From positions 25,234,001 through 25,298,000 of the forward strand of contig OZ024746.1 of the NCBI GenBank assembly GCA_964016885.1: 64,000 nucleotides of DNA. The letters are read 5' to 3'. Shown one piece after another: positions 40,501 through 53,305 of the stretch (its first letter is position 1; the number at the start of each line of letters is the position of its first letter). The DNA is from Eledone cirrhosa. Taxonomy: Eukaryota. The notes beneath the pieces are model-generated. The model did no database searches. It worked only from the letters and a program-made list of their open reading frames with translations, and was not told the DNA's origin. The translations under genes and the position numbers were made by a program.

Positions 40501-41132
40501 CATTTTCAAAATTAGTGTCTTTCATTAGAAATATAGAAATGGTGGGAGGAGGTTAAATGAATAAAAGCTGTCAAACGTAACAATTTATGTATAGGAATTA
40601 CAATTTATGGAACTGTCTAGGTGAAATAATAACAAGCTAGGTTCACCTCAGTTGTAGAAATATTCTTTGGCAATATTCCAGAACAAACAGCTACAGTTGT
40701 CAAAAACTGAAAACTTGAAAGCTATATATATCACAGAAATGTATCTTTTACTCTGTGGATGGTCTTTCTGTACGTACAAGTTGTTTGGATTTAAAGGAGA
40801 TATACATATGAATGGTAGGAGCCCCATTAAAATACCCAAGAAACCCTTTTGAGTTGCAACCTCGTAAGAGTCCAGTTAAACTTATATTGGTGGGAACTAC
40901 ATGAAAGGACTGGACCCCACCATCATTAAAACACTCGAGAACCTCCAAGATGCACACTCGTAAGAAATTAGCTGAACCTGCATAAGTGTGAGCTGTAAAG
41001 ACATGATAGAACTGGGGCCCAGTCTATGTTGTTGATAGTAGAATCGCCTTTAATACATGTATCATGATTAATGGTACAAGAGTTTCGCCGAAGCAAACGA
41101 ATCCGACTGTTTATCGTCCAGGCGCATATATA

Positions 41133-41197
<65 letters not shown>

Positions 41198-41363
41198 AGT
41201 GGAAGCTTAGTAAAATCGAAGCTTTGGCTGTGGCCAAGCTAACGACCTACAATTAGGAATGAGCAGCAAAGCACTCAATAAGGTTGCAGGCCTTAGAGTA
41301 ATAACATACGTTTAGACAGCTTGACAAATTGAAAATTGCAGCCTAACAATACCAAAACGAAAA

Positions 41364-41402
<39 letters not shown>

Positions 41403-41655
41403 ATGACAAAATTTGCTAGAACGTAGAACACAGGACAAATTCTATAAGCTTTCTATATTGAAGTAAAATCAGCCAATCTGACGTATCGGATTCTTCAAAT
41501 TAAAGACGCAAAAATGTAAAAACACTGAATGAATAAATAAAATATATATTATAGTCGCAGACATATTCCTGTGGTTAAGGAGTTCGCTTTGCAACCATGT
41601 TATTCTGGGTTCAGTCCTTATGAGTGGAATTTTGTAGACGGAAACTGCAGAAGTT

Positions 41656-41689
<34 letters not shown>

Positions 41690-42569
41690 GATATAGGCCC
41701 GCAGTATATCTATCTATATGTATGTTTACATCAATGTGCCGTAACTTAGCAGTTAAAAAGTACTGGGGTCGATTAACTCAAGGCGGTACACCAGCATGGC
41801 CGCAGTCTAATGACCGAAACCAGTAAAAGACTAAAAGAATATATATGTGAGTGCGTTAATTTCATCGTATTTCACTTTCACTTTAATATAGAGAAAGCTT
41901 ATAGGATTTAGCTGACAACAGTATTACAAATGCAATATTTTCATGTATACAAGATCAAAGCAGAATCTGCGTCTGAATTAATAAACAGGTAGGTTGTCAA
42001 GAAGATCGTTAGTACACCAAACTAGTCTTACAAGTGTGCCGCCACATCGTACTAGTAACTGCTATTTACTACTGCACTCGCTACTGGTACAACTGATTAT
42101 ATATATATATATAAATATGTGTGTGTGTGTGTGTGAAATGAAATTTACAGCTCACGCCCATGCAGGTTTAGTTAGCCTCCTACGCGGTTGCACCTTATAG
42201 GAGGTTTCTCGGTGACTCGTCTTATAATGAGAAACAACGTGAAATGAAGCGTCTTGTTCAAGAACTCGACACAACCCGTGGTACAGGTATCGAAACCACG
42301 ACCTTATGGTCGTGAGTTCAACGTGTGTGTATAATATATGTACAAGCAGCGTTGCTAAAGCATCTTGTATCATCATCAACATGAATACTTTGGTGACGCA
42401 TCCAAAATATGAAATGATAATGAATGTGTTGAATTTCAAGCATTTATAGAGTATCTTTTTCTTTGTGTGTGTATGTGTGTGTGTGTATATATATATAGAG
42501 AGAGAGAAAGAGAGATCGGTAGCAAACACAAGAAATAAAAGTGAAACTTTATAAATAATGCAACCCTGT

Positions 42570-42578
42570 ATATATATA

Positions 42579-42672
<94 letters not shown>

Positions 42673-42939
42673 ATATTATATATATATTATATATATATAT
42701 ATTATATATATATTATATATATATATATTATATATATATTATATATATATATTATATATATATATATTATATATATATTATATATATATATATATATTAT
42801 ATATATATATATTATATATATATATATTATATATATATATATATTATATATATATATATTATATATATATATATTATATATATATATATTATATATATAT
42901 ATATATTATATATATATATTATATATATATATTATATAT

Positions 42940-42971
<32 letters not shown>

Positions 42972-42972
42972 A

Positions 42973-43008
<36 letters not shown>
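42570..43008. repeat. (AT)n/(ATT) microsatellite
   Basis: Seen directly. Confidence 0.95.
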
Positions 43009-43012
<4 letters not shown>

Positions 43013-43050
43013 ATACGAAGTTGTTGATGTTAGAGTCTTTTATTAATTGA

Positions 43051-43101
43051 GCCGTTATACATATTTCCATGACGATAGATATCGTGATTTCTTCAGACAG
43101 C
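43051..43101 (-). ncRNA. Type I hammerhead-ribozyme-like motif (sense to PCMT1 pre-mRNA)
   Basis: GCUGU-CUGAAGA-A-AUCACGAU-AUCU-AUCGUCAU-G-GAAA-UAUGUA-UA^ACGGC; stems I, II and a minimal III all pair. Confidence 0.65.
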
Positions 43102-43224
43102 AAAAATTGAGTAAAAGGTAACATTTCCGAGGCAATTTGGGGTGGAAGGGAGCGGAATAAAAAATGTATGTTTTTGTTTTGGGTGCCCGCTCCCCCCGGA
43201 AATGTTACCTTTTACTCAATTGTT

Positions 43225-43275
43225 GCAGTCTGAAGAAATCACGGTATCGATCGTCATGGAAATATGTATAACTGC
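43225..43275 (+). ncRNA. Type I hammerhead-ribozyme-like motif (second arm)
   Basis: GCAGU-CUGAAGA-A-AUCACGGU-AUCG-AUCGUCAU-G-GAAA-UAUGUA-UA^ACUGC. Confidence 0.65.
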
Positions 43276-43732
43276 TCAATTAATAAAAGACACTAACATC
43301 TACAACTTCGCATTTTCCTCTTTATAAATATACTCCGTCATCCTTGTTTTTAAAAAGTAATATGACGTTGAGTACTAGAAGTGAATTACATCCTTATATA
43401 CCGAGTGTGTGTATAGAGAGAACACGCACATAAACACATGTATAATCTGTTGGTTGTGAGGGAATGCAAGTGTGTATATGTATGATAAACTGTCAGATAC
43501 AAAGGTACAAAATAAGACGTTTAAATAAAAAAACTTCGAGCTAAGAAAGACAGGATTTGAAGACTATTTAAATGAATATATTAAATCGTGGAAGAGAACT
43601 AAGACTAGTAAAGTGACAAGTTTTGGGTGAAAATTTTGGAGTCTATAGGAATCTAGAAGCGAAATTCTGCAAGAGCTAACATTGCTTTTGGATGCTACGT
43701 AAATGAAAATGTTTAAAATTGTCTGGACTTAC

Positions 43733-43787
43733 GAAAGAGATTTTCAACAAGTTGCGAATTAGAACTGCCACTAGATCGCCAAGCCAT
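43733..43787 (-). CDS. PCMT1: PCMT1 first canonical coding exon (MAWRSSGSSNSQLVENLF-)
   Basis: Typical PIMT N-terminus MAWxS.G; 55 nt then C|gtaagt; joins 32431 in frame. The joined product is 227 aa (short) or 232 aa (SDEL form). Confidence 0.93.
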
Positions 43788-44489
43788 GCTTGCAAAATAT
43801 TTTGGAAACACTAAACAGGCTAAAGCGACCTTGAACCCGCAACTTAACAGACTTTTCGCAATGCTTGGTCGAAAGTGAATGTGACAGGGAAGTGGTGTCA
43901 TTGGCGCATCAACCTGATTGTATAAAAAATATAGAATGTATATGACGAAACGTGGCACAAAAAAAAGGTCTTGTAAAAATATGGAATTGAATTAACGAAA
44001 TGGAGCACAATAGTGGTTTTATTGGCAGATGAAAGAGGTCGTATAAAAGTATAGAATTGACGTGACAAAATGAAATGTGGTACAGAAGTAAAACAAGTTT
44101 TCCTCTTTTAATTTATATTATTTATTTGTACATTTAATTTTTTTGCTTGTAGATTTTGTTATATTTCAGGAGGAAGTCTGTCTTGATTTAATTAATATAC
44201 GTATTATTTTCATCAAATATTTTTTTTTGTTGCTAAACAAAAAACATGCTAAATATTTCATTATGAAAAGTATTTCATCGTGCGTTAATAATTATAATTT
44301 TACATGTTTTTATCTTCACAATTACAGAATGAAAATATGCACACAAATAATATATACAATACTTAATTACATAAATATTTCATATAAAAATATAGAATGA
44401 AAGTGAAAGAAAATATTAATCCCACAACAGTGTGTCAATCGTTCGCACACTACAAAGGGCGCCGAAGCTTTTTTTCTAATACTTTTTGA

Positions 44490-44755
44490 AGCAAACCAAC
44501 ACACATGCAGCATTGCCGCAGGGGATAGCGAGGCGAAGGCGTTTTGAACAACCAAGTACACTCATGGGTGTCATCTGATGCCTCGGTAAAGCGAGCCGCC
44601 AACGATGACAAGGACTTCGTTGTCAGTGGCCCAGCTCCCCTAAATGTCTCGAACGACATAGGCTGGAAAAAAATATTTCGTTCGTCTAAGGAAGCAGTGA
44701 CCTTCACATTTACCGCAGCATCCAAGATATGGAAAGAGCAAAACAGTCACTGACT
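44490..44755 (-). mobile_element. Second CRE-like retrotransposon 3' fragment, related to 39880-40200
   Basis: Shares GGAAGCAGTGACC.TCACATTTACCGCAGCATCCA and GCGAGCCGCCA..GATGACAAG.ACTT; translates FQPMSFETFRGAGP..LAARFTEASDD. Confidence 0.8.
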
Positions 44756-45121
44756 AGATCCCAACTGAAAGTTGGAAAGAACTTAATTATTAATTTATCG
44801 TACATAAATAAAAAATATTTTAAAATTTATTAAGTGGCCTTCTTAATGACTATTTTGAAATGTAAATATGTAACTGTTCAATTCCAAAAGTAGCCAGAAT
44901 TAAGCATTGTGTACGTTGGATTTTGTTTTTTAAGAGGGCATGTAGGGAGGGAGTTACGATCTTTCGTAAGCAGTATACGATATGTAAACAAAAATAATTG
45001 ATGTAGTGTCATTCATTCTCCGTAGTCAACCGTCCGGGAGTTTGTTTGTATTTTATCACCTTTTTTTAAACTATTGTTTTTAATTACTTTTCGGCGAACT
45101 TTCGTCTTAGGTCTAGGACTT

Positions 45122-45162
45122 CTGATGATCCTGTGCGTTCACAGGTGAAACTCCAGAGTAAC
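45122..45162 (+). ncRNA. Hammerhead-like core, same family as 7984-8111
   Basis: CUGAUGA-U-CCUGUG-CGUU-CACAGG-U-GAAA-CU-CCAG-AG-UA; stem I is poorly paired. Confidence 0.5.
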
Positions 45163-46243
45163 ACTTAGAATAAAAAAATATTGTCTGTGTTTGAAGATTG
45201 CCAAGAGCTAAGTCGAACGATCACTCATTATTTTATACTATACTCCTACCATCTATTTTCAATGTTTATATTTAAATACCACCGCCAACAACTTCAACAG
45301 TAATTAATTGAATAGGAAGAATGAAAATGAAAGTTACAGAGAATAGCCATTTCGTCTACCTTTTTTCTTTAAAAATAAATGGGTAAAATGAAAAATATTA
45401 ATTTAGAGATGTTAAAATAAATAATAAACTTGTATTTTCTTTCGCCAATATTAAAATACCGTCAATACTCAGTGTCCATTCAGCTTCCTAACCCGGTGTT
45501 AATTAATTATCCCTTGATTTTTGACTCCTTAGATTAGAGCGGTGTCAGAGGTAAATTTACAACATCATGAAATGTTCCGAAAGATTCGTACACGTCTTAT
45601 GAGATGATGGAAATTTATTCTTTTCCTTTTTTCGTCTCTCTCTCTCTGGCATTATTTCGCTTTATGTGTCCCCCAAATTCGGCAACTTATGGCAATCACC
45701 GTACATAATAGGGCAATAAAATGAACGTTACCTGATTGATCTGGAAATGTAAATTACGAAAGATTTATTAGAGGCCCTCCTAAATACCCAAGTGCCTGTC
45801 ATGGGTGCCTAACAACATCCAAAATTTGCAATATCCGCGAATGGAGTACCACAAGAATCTGGCTTCTCACTTACTCTATTCAATTTAATATACTTTACAC
45901 GACCTTCTTGAAACATACAGTCACCTATTCAGATGATATACATAATATATTTAGCAAATGTGTTTGTGTGTGTTTATCGATGTGCCATAAGAAGGGCCTC
46001 CAAAAGAAATGTTGCAAGGCGGTACAAGACCCCTTTGGGGGCCCGAAGCAGGTAAAGATTTTTCTCAAAATGGATGTTGCATGGTTGCTGTAGGGGCCTC
46101 TTAGCTCTTGGGCCCCGGAACAAAGTACCGGCTGGACCCCATCTCTCATAGGCCCTGATAATATATGTTGAAGTGGGGGAAACGATCTCCCCAAAACATT
46201 AAAATTCAAGTGAATAAGGACCAACAAGAAGACAAAATTCTAA

Positions 46244-46600
46244 TCTACTATATAAATGACAATTTCTGTATGTCTGTGTATCTGTTATAACCAGTTGGCG
46301 CCTAGACCAGTGATCCGATCCTGATGAAACTTTACATACAAGTTAAGGTAATATTCAGAAACAGGACTGGCTAATTGGATTTCAATAATAATCAATAATG
46401 GAACCCCTAGGGACATCTTTATAATGGAGGAGGATGAGAAGACGTTTCAGTGAGAGAGGAGGAAGAGGAGATACTACTACTGTATGTTAAACTTTCCCTC
46501 CCACTACTCCCCTTCCTCCTCCCAACAACTTATTAGAAATATACACAAAGAAATTTCAAACAAAGCAGACAGCAATCTAATTTTGGTTGACGAACAGATG

Positions 46601-46639
<39 letters not shown>

Positions 46640-47434
46640 GTACATACATATATGTATACAGACGTACAGTAGTATGTATATATATACATACAGGCACATA
46701 TATATATATGCACGTATCGGTTTACCGAACATTTATTATAATGCTCGGTTTGTTTGTTTGTAAACAAACAAACAGCCCGAATTACGCCGTACAGTGTTTA
46801 GGCAACCACGTCACCTTTTTGTTCAACACTGGCACAGGAACGATGTACTAGTTTCAAGCTTATTAGCTATCGTCAGCATCGTATACCTTCCTGCCAGATA
46901 GTTGAACGTCTGAAAGTATATACCTTCCTTATGCATATTAACGGCTGAGCAGCCTAATTTGCATATCGAGTGAGTTCAGTTGGCCGGGCACACCGGAAAC
47001 GATAAATGGAATAGAATGAAACGAAATTTCATTTCTCACTCTTAGTACGGCACTTACTTAAATGTAAGTATATGTATGTATACGTACATACATATATGTA
47101 TACAGACGTACAGTAGTATGTATATATATACATACATGCACACATATATATATGCACGTATCAGTTTACCGAGCATTTATTATAATGTTCGGTTTGAGAG
47201 AGGAGGAAGAGGAGATACTACTACTGTATGTTAAACTTTCCCTCCCACTACTCCCCTTCCTCCTCCCAACAACTTATTAGAAATATACACAAAGAAATTA
47301 TATATACATACTACTGTACGTCTGTATACATATATGTATGTACGTATACATACATATACTTACATTTAAGTAAGTGCCGTAATTAGAGTGAGAAATGAAA
47401 TTTCGTTTCATTCTATTCCATTTATATATATATA

Positions 47435-47512
<78 letters not shown>

Positions 47513-48357
47513 ACATCCACTGATATAGGTTCTAAACACGTGCACACGCTTAGGTCACATTAAGGTCAACTGCAGGAATCGCTGATAAGTTACAAAAAAG
47601 TGTGATGACCTGGAAGTTGGCTTACCATGAGATTAGTCCGAAGAATAAAACCCAAATTGTATGTTGACGAATATTCGTACTCCCGGCATGTTAATTGTAA
47701 CATGCTGTCTTTGAGAGTAAAATTTATTTTGTCGATATTTCAAGGTGTCAAATTGTGGGAAGATTAACATAAATTAAGAAGATGTAACTTCTTCCCCATT
47801 ATTGACACTTTGCAACAGTGAACATCACAAGGCCCTCTTTAGGAGCAACACTTCTGATTGTTTATCCGACTTATTATGGTGTGTTTTCTTGGGTTATGTC
47901 TACTATAGGGGGAAAACTGGATGGTTTTATTGAATTGCTTCAGTCATTCGAAGGGCTTTACAAACGATGATATACAGGGTACTTCAACAGTACCTGAATA
48001 TGTTCACTCGGTTATAATTTCTTCAATAAATGCGATGACTTCCTTAATTGTTCTGTGTTTGTTCTTGAGTGCTAAGGCAGTAAGTTTGCTATACTTATAC
48101 ATAAGTTTGATACTCTTTGAGCTCAAACTTTCCCGGCTTATTCACTCTGAATTAAGAAAGCTGGATGGAAGAAGGACTTATGACTTAAACAGCTATTGAT
48201 AGTTCCGCACAAAAAATTGATCTGCCATAAACACACCTCGCCGAGGTTGCTATTGAAAATCCAGTATGGGCACCCAGGGTCGCTAGCATTTTCAGGTGCT
48301 CTCTGGGAACTGCAAATAACCCCATCTTTCCCGGGTATTACCGGGTACTGCAGTTAG
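46244..48357 (+). mobile_element. Probable non-autonomous Helitron
   Basis: A|TCTACTATATAAA 5' end followed by CTGT-rich sequence and CCGATCCTGATGAAACTTT; 3' hairpin CCCGG-GTATTA-CCGGG about 12 nt before ...CAGTTAG|T (CTAG variant); sits in an A|T site. Confidence 0.55.
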
Positions 48358-49234
48358 TTACCTATATATTTTAACCATGGAATTAACAAAACCATATCAT
48401 ATTATATTATTTTAAAGCATGCATAGAAATATAAACATTAAAATATGTTGTGATGTATTTATGTGTTTAGATGTGGTGGAATATGTGAAGTGCATTACAA
48501 AACAAATGCATGGATATAGCTTGAGAAAAGTTCTCGCCTTCGTATCTGAGAGATTTACTGAACTGGGTGTTATGACTCAGCTGTGGTGGCGTTGACTACT
48601 ATGGCTGACTGCCATAGCTGAAGTCCCTTGTTCAGTGTCTGAGAGAGAACAGAGTGAAGTAGAAATTTTAGCTGTCTCGTAGGTGTCATCATAGCTACTT
48701 TCATCAAGGTCCTCATAGTAGTTTCATATCTGCAGATTTAACCCAAGGATATATTCACATTCATACGTACACGGTGAAATGAAAATGAAAATTATAGCTC
48801 ATACCTAGTTTAGCTGGCATCATATGAGGTTGTATCTCAGAGAACCTTTCTTGTGTGTTTTAATGCCAGGAACCCAAGTCCTGTTATTAAAAGCAACATG
48901 AAATAAAGTCTTGCTGAAGAACACAATGTGCTTGTCTGGTTCATTAATCAAACCAACGACACCCTAACAAATAGGTCATGTACCTTTACAGGCTATACTT
49001 GACCCAGATGCCACAAGTGGGATTGAGCCTGGGACCTTATGGTTGTGGAGTGAACATCTTAATAATTCAGCTATGCTGTGCCCACAGAAATAATGGAACC
49101 CTTGCTAGCCCTAAAAAGGTGGGATATTTCTGTAAGGAACACCTTTGCTGTTGTCTGCTAGACCAATCTGTACCTCTCTCATAATATACAAAACAACTCT
49201 GTTGTTTGTTAGAGCAAGTCCAACCTTCACCATT

Positions 49235-50770
49235 ATCATCATCACCATCATTTCATCATTTTATGTTCTCTTTTCCATGTTTGATTGGATGGGTCTTTTC
49301 CAGCATAGCATCCCTCCACTCATTGCAGTCCATTGTCATCTTCTGTGACATTCAGCGATTTCATATCCACTCTCACAACTTCTTCCCAGGTATTCCTTGG
49401 TCTCCAACTACTGCAGTTTCCTTCCACTGAGATTTCTTGGTACTTTTTCACCCAATGATCATCATCTATATGCATCATATGTCCCTACTATCACACTCTT
49501 CTCTCCTGCACACTACATCTGATTCCATTTATACCAAGCTTTCCTATCAGTTCACCTATGCTTTGTCGTTCACACATTAATATTGCACATATATCAGAGC
49601 ATGCTTGCTTCATTTTTCTTCAGCCTTCACATCTCTGCATACACGTTTCATTACCATGGAGCATTACAAATTACACACTGGCATTATATAGCCAACCTTT
49701 CATTTGTAGAGAGAAACTTTTTGTTGTCAAAAGACGTAAATAGCTCCCTGAACTTTTTCCATCCTGTTCTTATTTTAGCTAGTATGCTCTCAGAACAACC
49801 CCCCTCCACTACTACTTAGATCATCTAAGTAGCAGAAGCTATCAACCACTTCTATGGGTCATTCCTGGGATTGGAAAAAGTTTATTTCGCTGATGCTCTT
49901 ACTACCAAATCTCCCTGTGCATCTGCCACATACAAAGTCTACTTTCTCTGTTAGTCTGCCTACTATCCCACTACACATCTTATGTAACCAAGATTTACTT
50001 AAGAACCAAGTCATCAGTATTCAGAGCTATAATAAACATGAGTGGGCTGACGACTGAACCTTGATGAACACCTACATGTATATTAAAATCCTCACTAAAT
50101 CCATTACCTACCCTCACTTTACTAACAGCTTCTCTCACAAGCCACTCATCTACCCAGTTTCCTTAACCCTTTAGCATTTAAACCGGCTGTATCCGGCCAG
50201 ATTCTCTCACCTCTTTCTGTTCAAACTAGCTGTAACTGGCCACTCATACTAACATTAAGGTATTGTTCTCAAAATAAATAATAGCAACATTTCATAGATA
50301 TGAGATAATTATGTAAGATAAGCTTTTACTGTGAAAATACAATAGTAAATATAGAGTAATGTAAATGTTAAAGGGTTAAGGACAACCAGATCAGAGGTTG
50401 TGGTACTCTCCAGGTCAACGAAAACTAGATATACTTGGCCAGGAGTTTCCCTTGCAGTTATCTCATTAAGAAAAGGCACATAAACCAAACTGTATCTCAT
50501 CTAATTCGACTCTTTCTCTAATTAGTTATGTTAAAACTCCTTCTGCCAGTCATAACTTGGTTCATCAGTTTTATGCCCCTGTAGTTGCTCCTTTCTCATG
50601 CATCACTTTGCCCTTGTAACAATTAATGAGTATACTGCTAAGCCAATCACTGGGTATAACTCTATCGTGTATTACCTGATTATGTGAGTTACTTGTTTTA
50701 CTCCTTCCACTCTCACAATTTATGGAACATCTATGAGACCTGATAGAATAAGGCTGATCTCTCACGAATC
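49235..50770 (-). mobile_element. Fragmented RTE LINE (same family as 36650-37550) with (GAT)n tail at about 49235
   Basis: The reverse strand shows the tail and GWKKFREL-type segments, and IPSDWLSSILINCYKGK (RT N-terminal region). Confidence 0.8.
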
Positions 50771-51732
50771 AATCAATAAAGGTTTCTAATTTAGGCACAA
50801 GGCTGGTAATTTTGTGAGGAGAGGAAAATCTATATTGACTTCAGAACTTGACTGGTACTTTATTTTATTGACTAAGTTGACTTGGTGGGTTTTGAACTCG
50901 GAGTAGGATGGGCCAGAACAGATACCACAAATCATTTGTCCTACACTCTAAAGATTCTGCCAATCCACTGCCCTAATGATGATATAAATTGTTCATTAAA
51001 AAATGTTGGAATTGATTTTTGAATTGATTGTGTTTATAAATTAAAATGTTAATGTAAATGTAAAATTACTCAGCTGAAACAAAAAATATTAACTAATTTA
51101 TAGGTGTAGGCATGGTTGTGTGGTCAAGGAGGTTGCTTTATGAAATAAAAATGTGTGTAGCAGGTGAAGAGTTGGTTTGGGTTTGGTATTATTGTTCACT
51201 GGCATGGCAGATGTTGTAGTAGTAATGTTGTTGGCTTGATGGGTGATTCCGTGAATTGCTTTTTCCCACAGGAAAATAGCAAGGAACCGAGTGAATTGTG
51301 TGTTATTTTTGTGTGGTTGGTTTGCGTGAATGCAATAGTAGTATGATAAGATGCATTAAACCAATCTTTATCAAGGTGCCAACCCTGTCATGAGGGCTGG
51401 AGTATTTGGCTAAGCGCCTCTGCTTTCTATAGCAATTCTGTGTGATGTCTCTCTTTTCCAATGAATGAGAGAAGAATGTGTTGAAGGAAGTGTTATCTCA
51501 AATAACCTCAAGTTGGCCAGTTTCTCCAGACGTCAATTTGAGATAAAGAAAAAGTGAACATTATGTTGTTTAGGGTCAGTATGTGTGGAGAGATTTCGTT
51601 ACTGCCTGATGTATGTATGTGTACATTGTGTTTATTTAAACTAGCGGTTCGACTGAAATGAGGTCGATAAAATAAGCACTGGGGTCAATGTTGGCTTCTT
51701 GCTCACATTAATTTCTATATTTTCATTTTTAT

Positions 51733-51902
51733 ATATATATAAAAAACATGAGAAGAAAGAATACTGCGTGGTTGCACATGGGTTACATATGATAAAATGA
51801 TAGTTGGAATGAAGGTTGGAAAATCAGACGAAGGACTATTTTTATCATATGTAACCCATGTGCAACCACGCAGTATTCTTTCTTCTCATGTTTTTTATAT
51901 AT
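51733..51902. repeat. ~64-bp perfect inverted repeat with ~42-bp spacer
   Basis: ATATAAAAAACATGAGAAGAAAGAATACTGCGTGGTTGCACATGGGTTACATATGATAAAA and its exact reverse complement. Confidence 0.9.
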
Positions 51903-53020
51903 ATTTTCCTCAGCTGCGTTTGTCTGTTTCTCTCTTACTGCTTCCCCGCTCTCTCTGTTTCTCTCACCTTCTTTCGCCCCCTCTGTCAGTTACACTTTCT
52001 CTCGACTGGCCTCTTCCTCGCACTTCCACTCACTCACTCTCTGCTTCTCCCCTTCTCACTTCCTCCCGTTTGGCCTGTAGTGGGTTCTCATCTTGCTCAC
52101 ATCTCACTCACGTCGAACGGTCTGTATTTCCCCCGCTCATGAAATCAACACAGCTTAAGCTGACCAGATCCCCATGCGCTTGTTTTTTCCTATCTTTGCG
52201 TTGCTATCCTTCCTTGTTTGTTTACTGTCTCGCTCGCTTTACGCGATTTACTTGTCCCAATAACTTTATTTAGCAATTGCTCGCACCAACCGGAGGTTGG
52301 AAAATAACTGACGAAGGACTATTATTATATATATATATATATAGTATTAGTTATACTATTTATGGTTATGTAAATACAAAACCTTATGCAGTTATAAGTA
52401 TTTTACACACACCCTAAATAGTGGTAGGCAGTAATGTATTACTACCTTATTACCAGTAAGTTAAGTAGCTCAATGTAAAAACATCAGATGATTTACAGAG
52501 CAGTTATATGAAATATAACACTTTTAATGCTTGCACTATTTTTAATGCTTATAATATTTCTCCACACACAGACTATATCAATCATATAAAGAATTTGCCA
52601 CCAGATCTACCAACCTAACACTCTTGTTTACCTACCTAAGTGCCTCTACCACACATATCTCTCTGCCACACTATATAAACAAGACGCACATGCGTGCCAC
52701 ACATATAACATTTGCACTATATAACCGCTTATCTTCATGTTGTATTTTAACCTGTATTTTGATTTGATTGTACCTCTTAATATAAATGTAATCTCGAAGT
52801 GTGTACTGCCACTCTAAATTCTGTAATGAATGTTGACCCACAATGTTTGAATATGTATCGGTATGTCTCTCGGCTGAAAAGGAGGTCATATAACTGTCCA
52901 TGCATTAATAAATTGCTCCGAAGAATCCAAACCTCGGTTTGGAGGAAACAGCTGTAAGCACAATAATGTTTTGAACAGTTCTTTGATTCTTATATTTCAT
53001 ATATATATATATATATATAT

Positions 53021-53063
<43 letters not shown>

Positions 53064-53092
53064 ATATATTATATATATATATATAATATATA

Positions 53093-53123
<31 letters not shown>

Positions 53124-53271
53124 ATGCTTTCCAGCATAGTTACGTCCCTTTACGATCTGAGTTCAAATCCCGCCGAGGTTGACTTTGCCTTTCATCCTTA
53201 CAGGGTCGATAAAATAAAGTACCAGTAATGCACTGGGTAATTGCTGGCCTTGTGCCTAAAGTAGAAACAAT

Positions 53272-53305
<34 letters not shown>

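Larger units (their letters stand above)
43009..43317. repeat. ~120-bp inverted repeat (43009-43129 / 43197-43317) in PCMT1 intron 1
   Basis: The arms are reverse complements with scattered mismatches; spacer about 67 bp. Confidence 0.9.
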
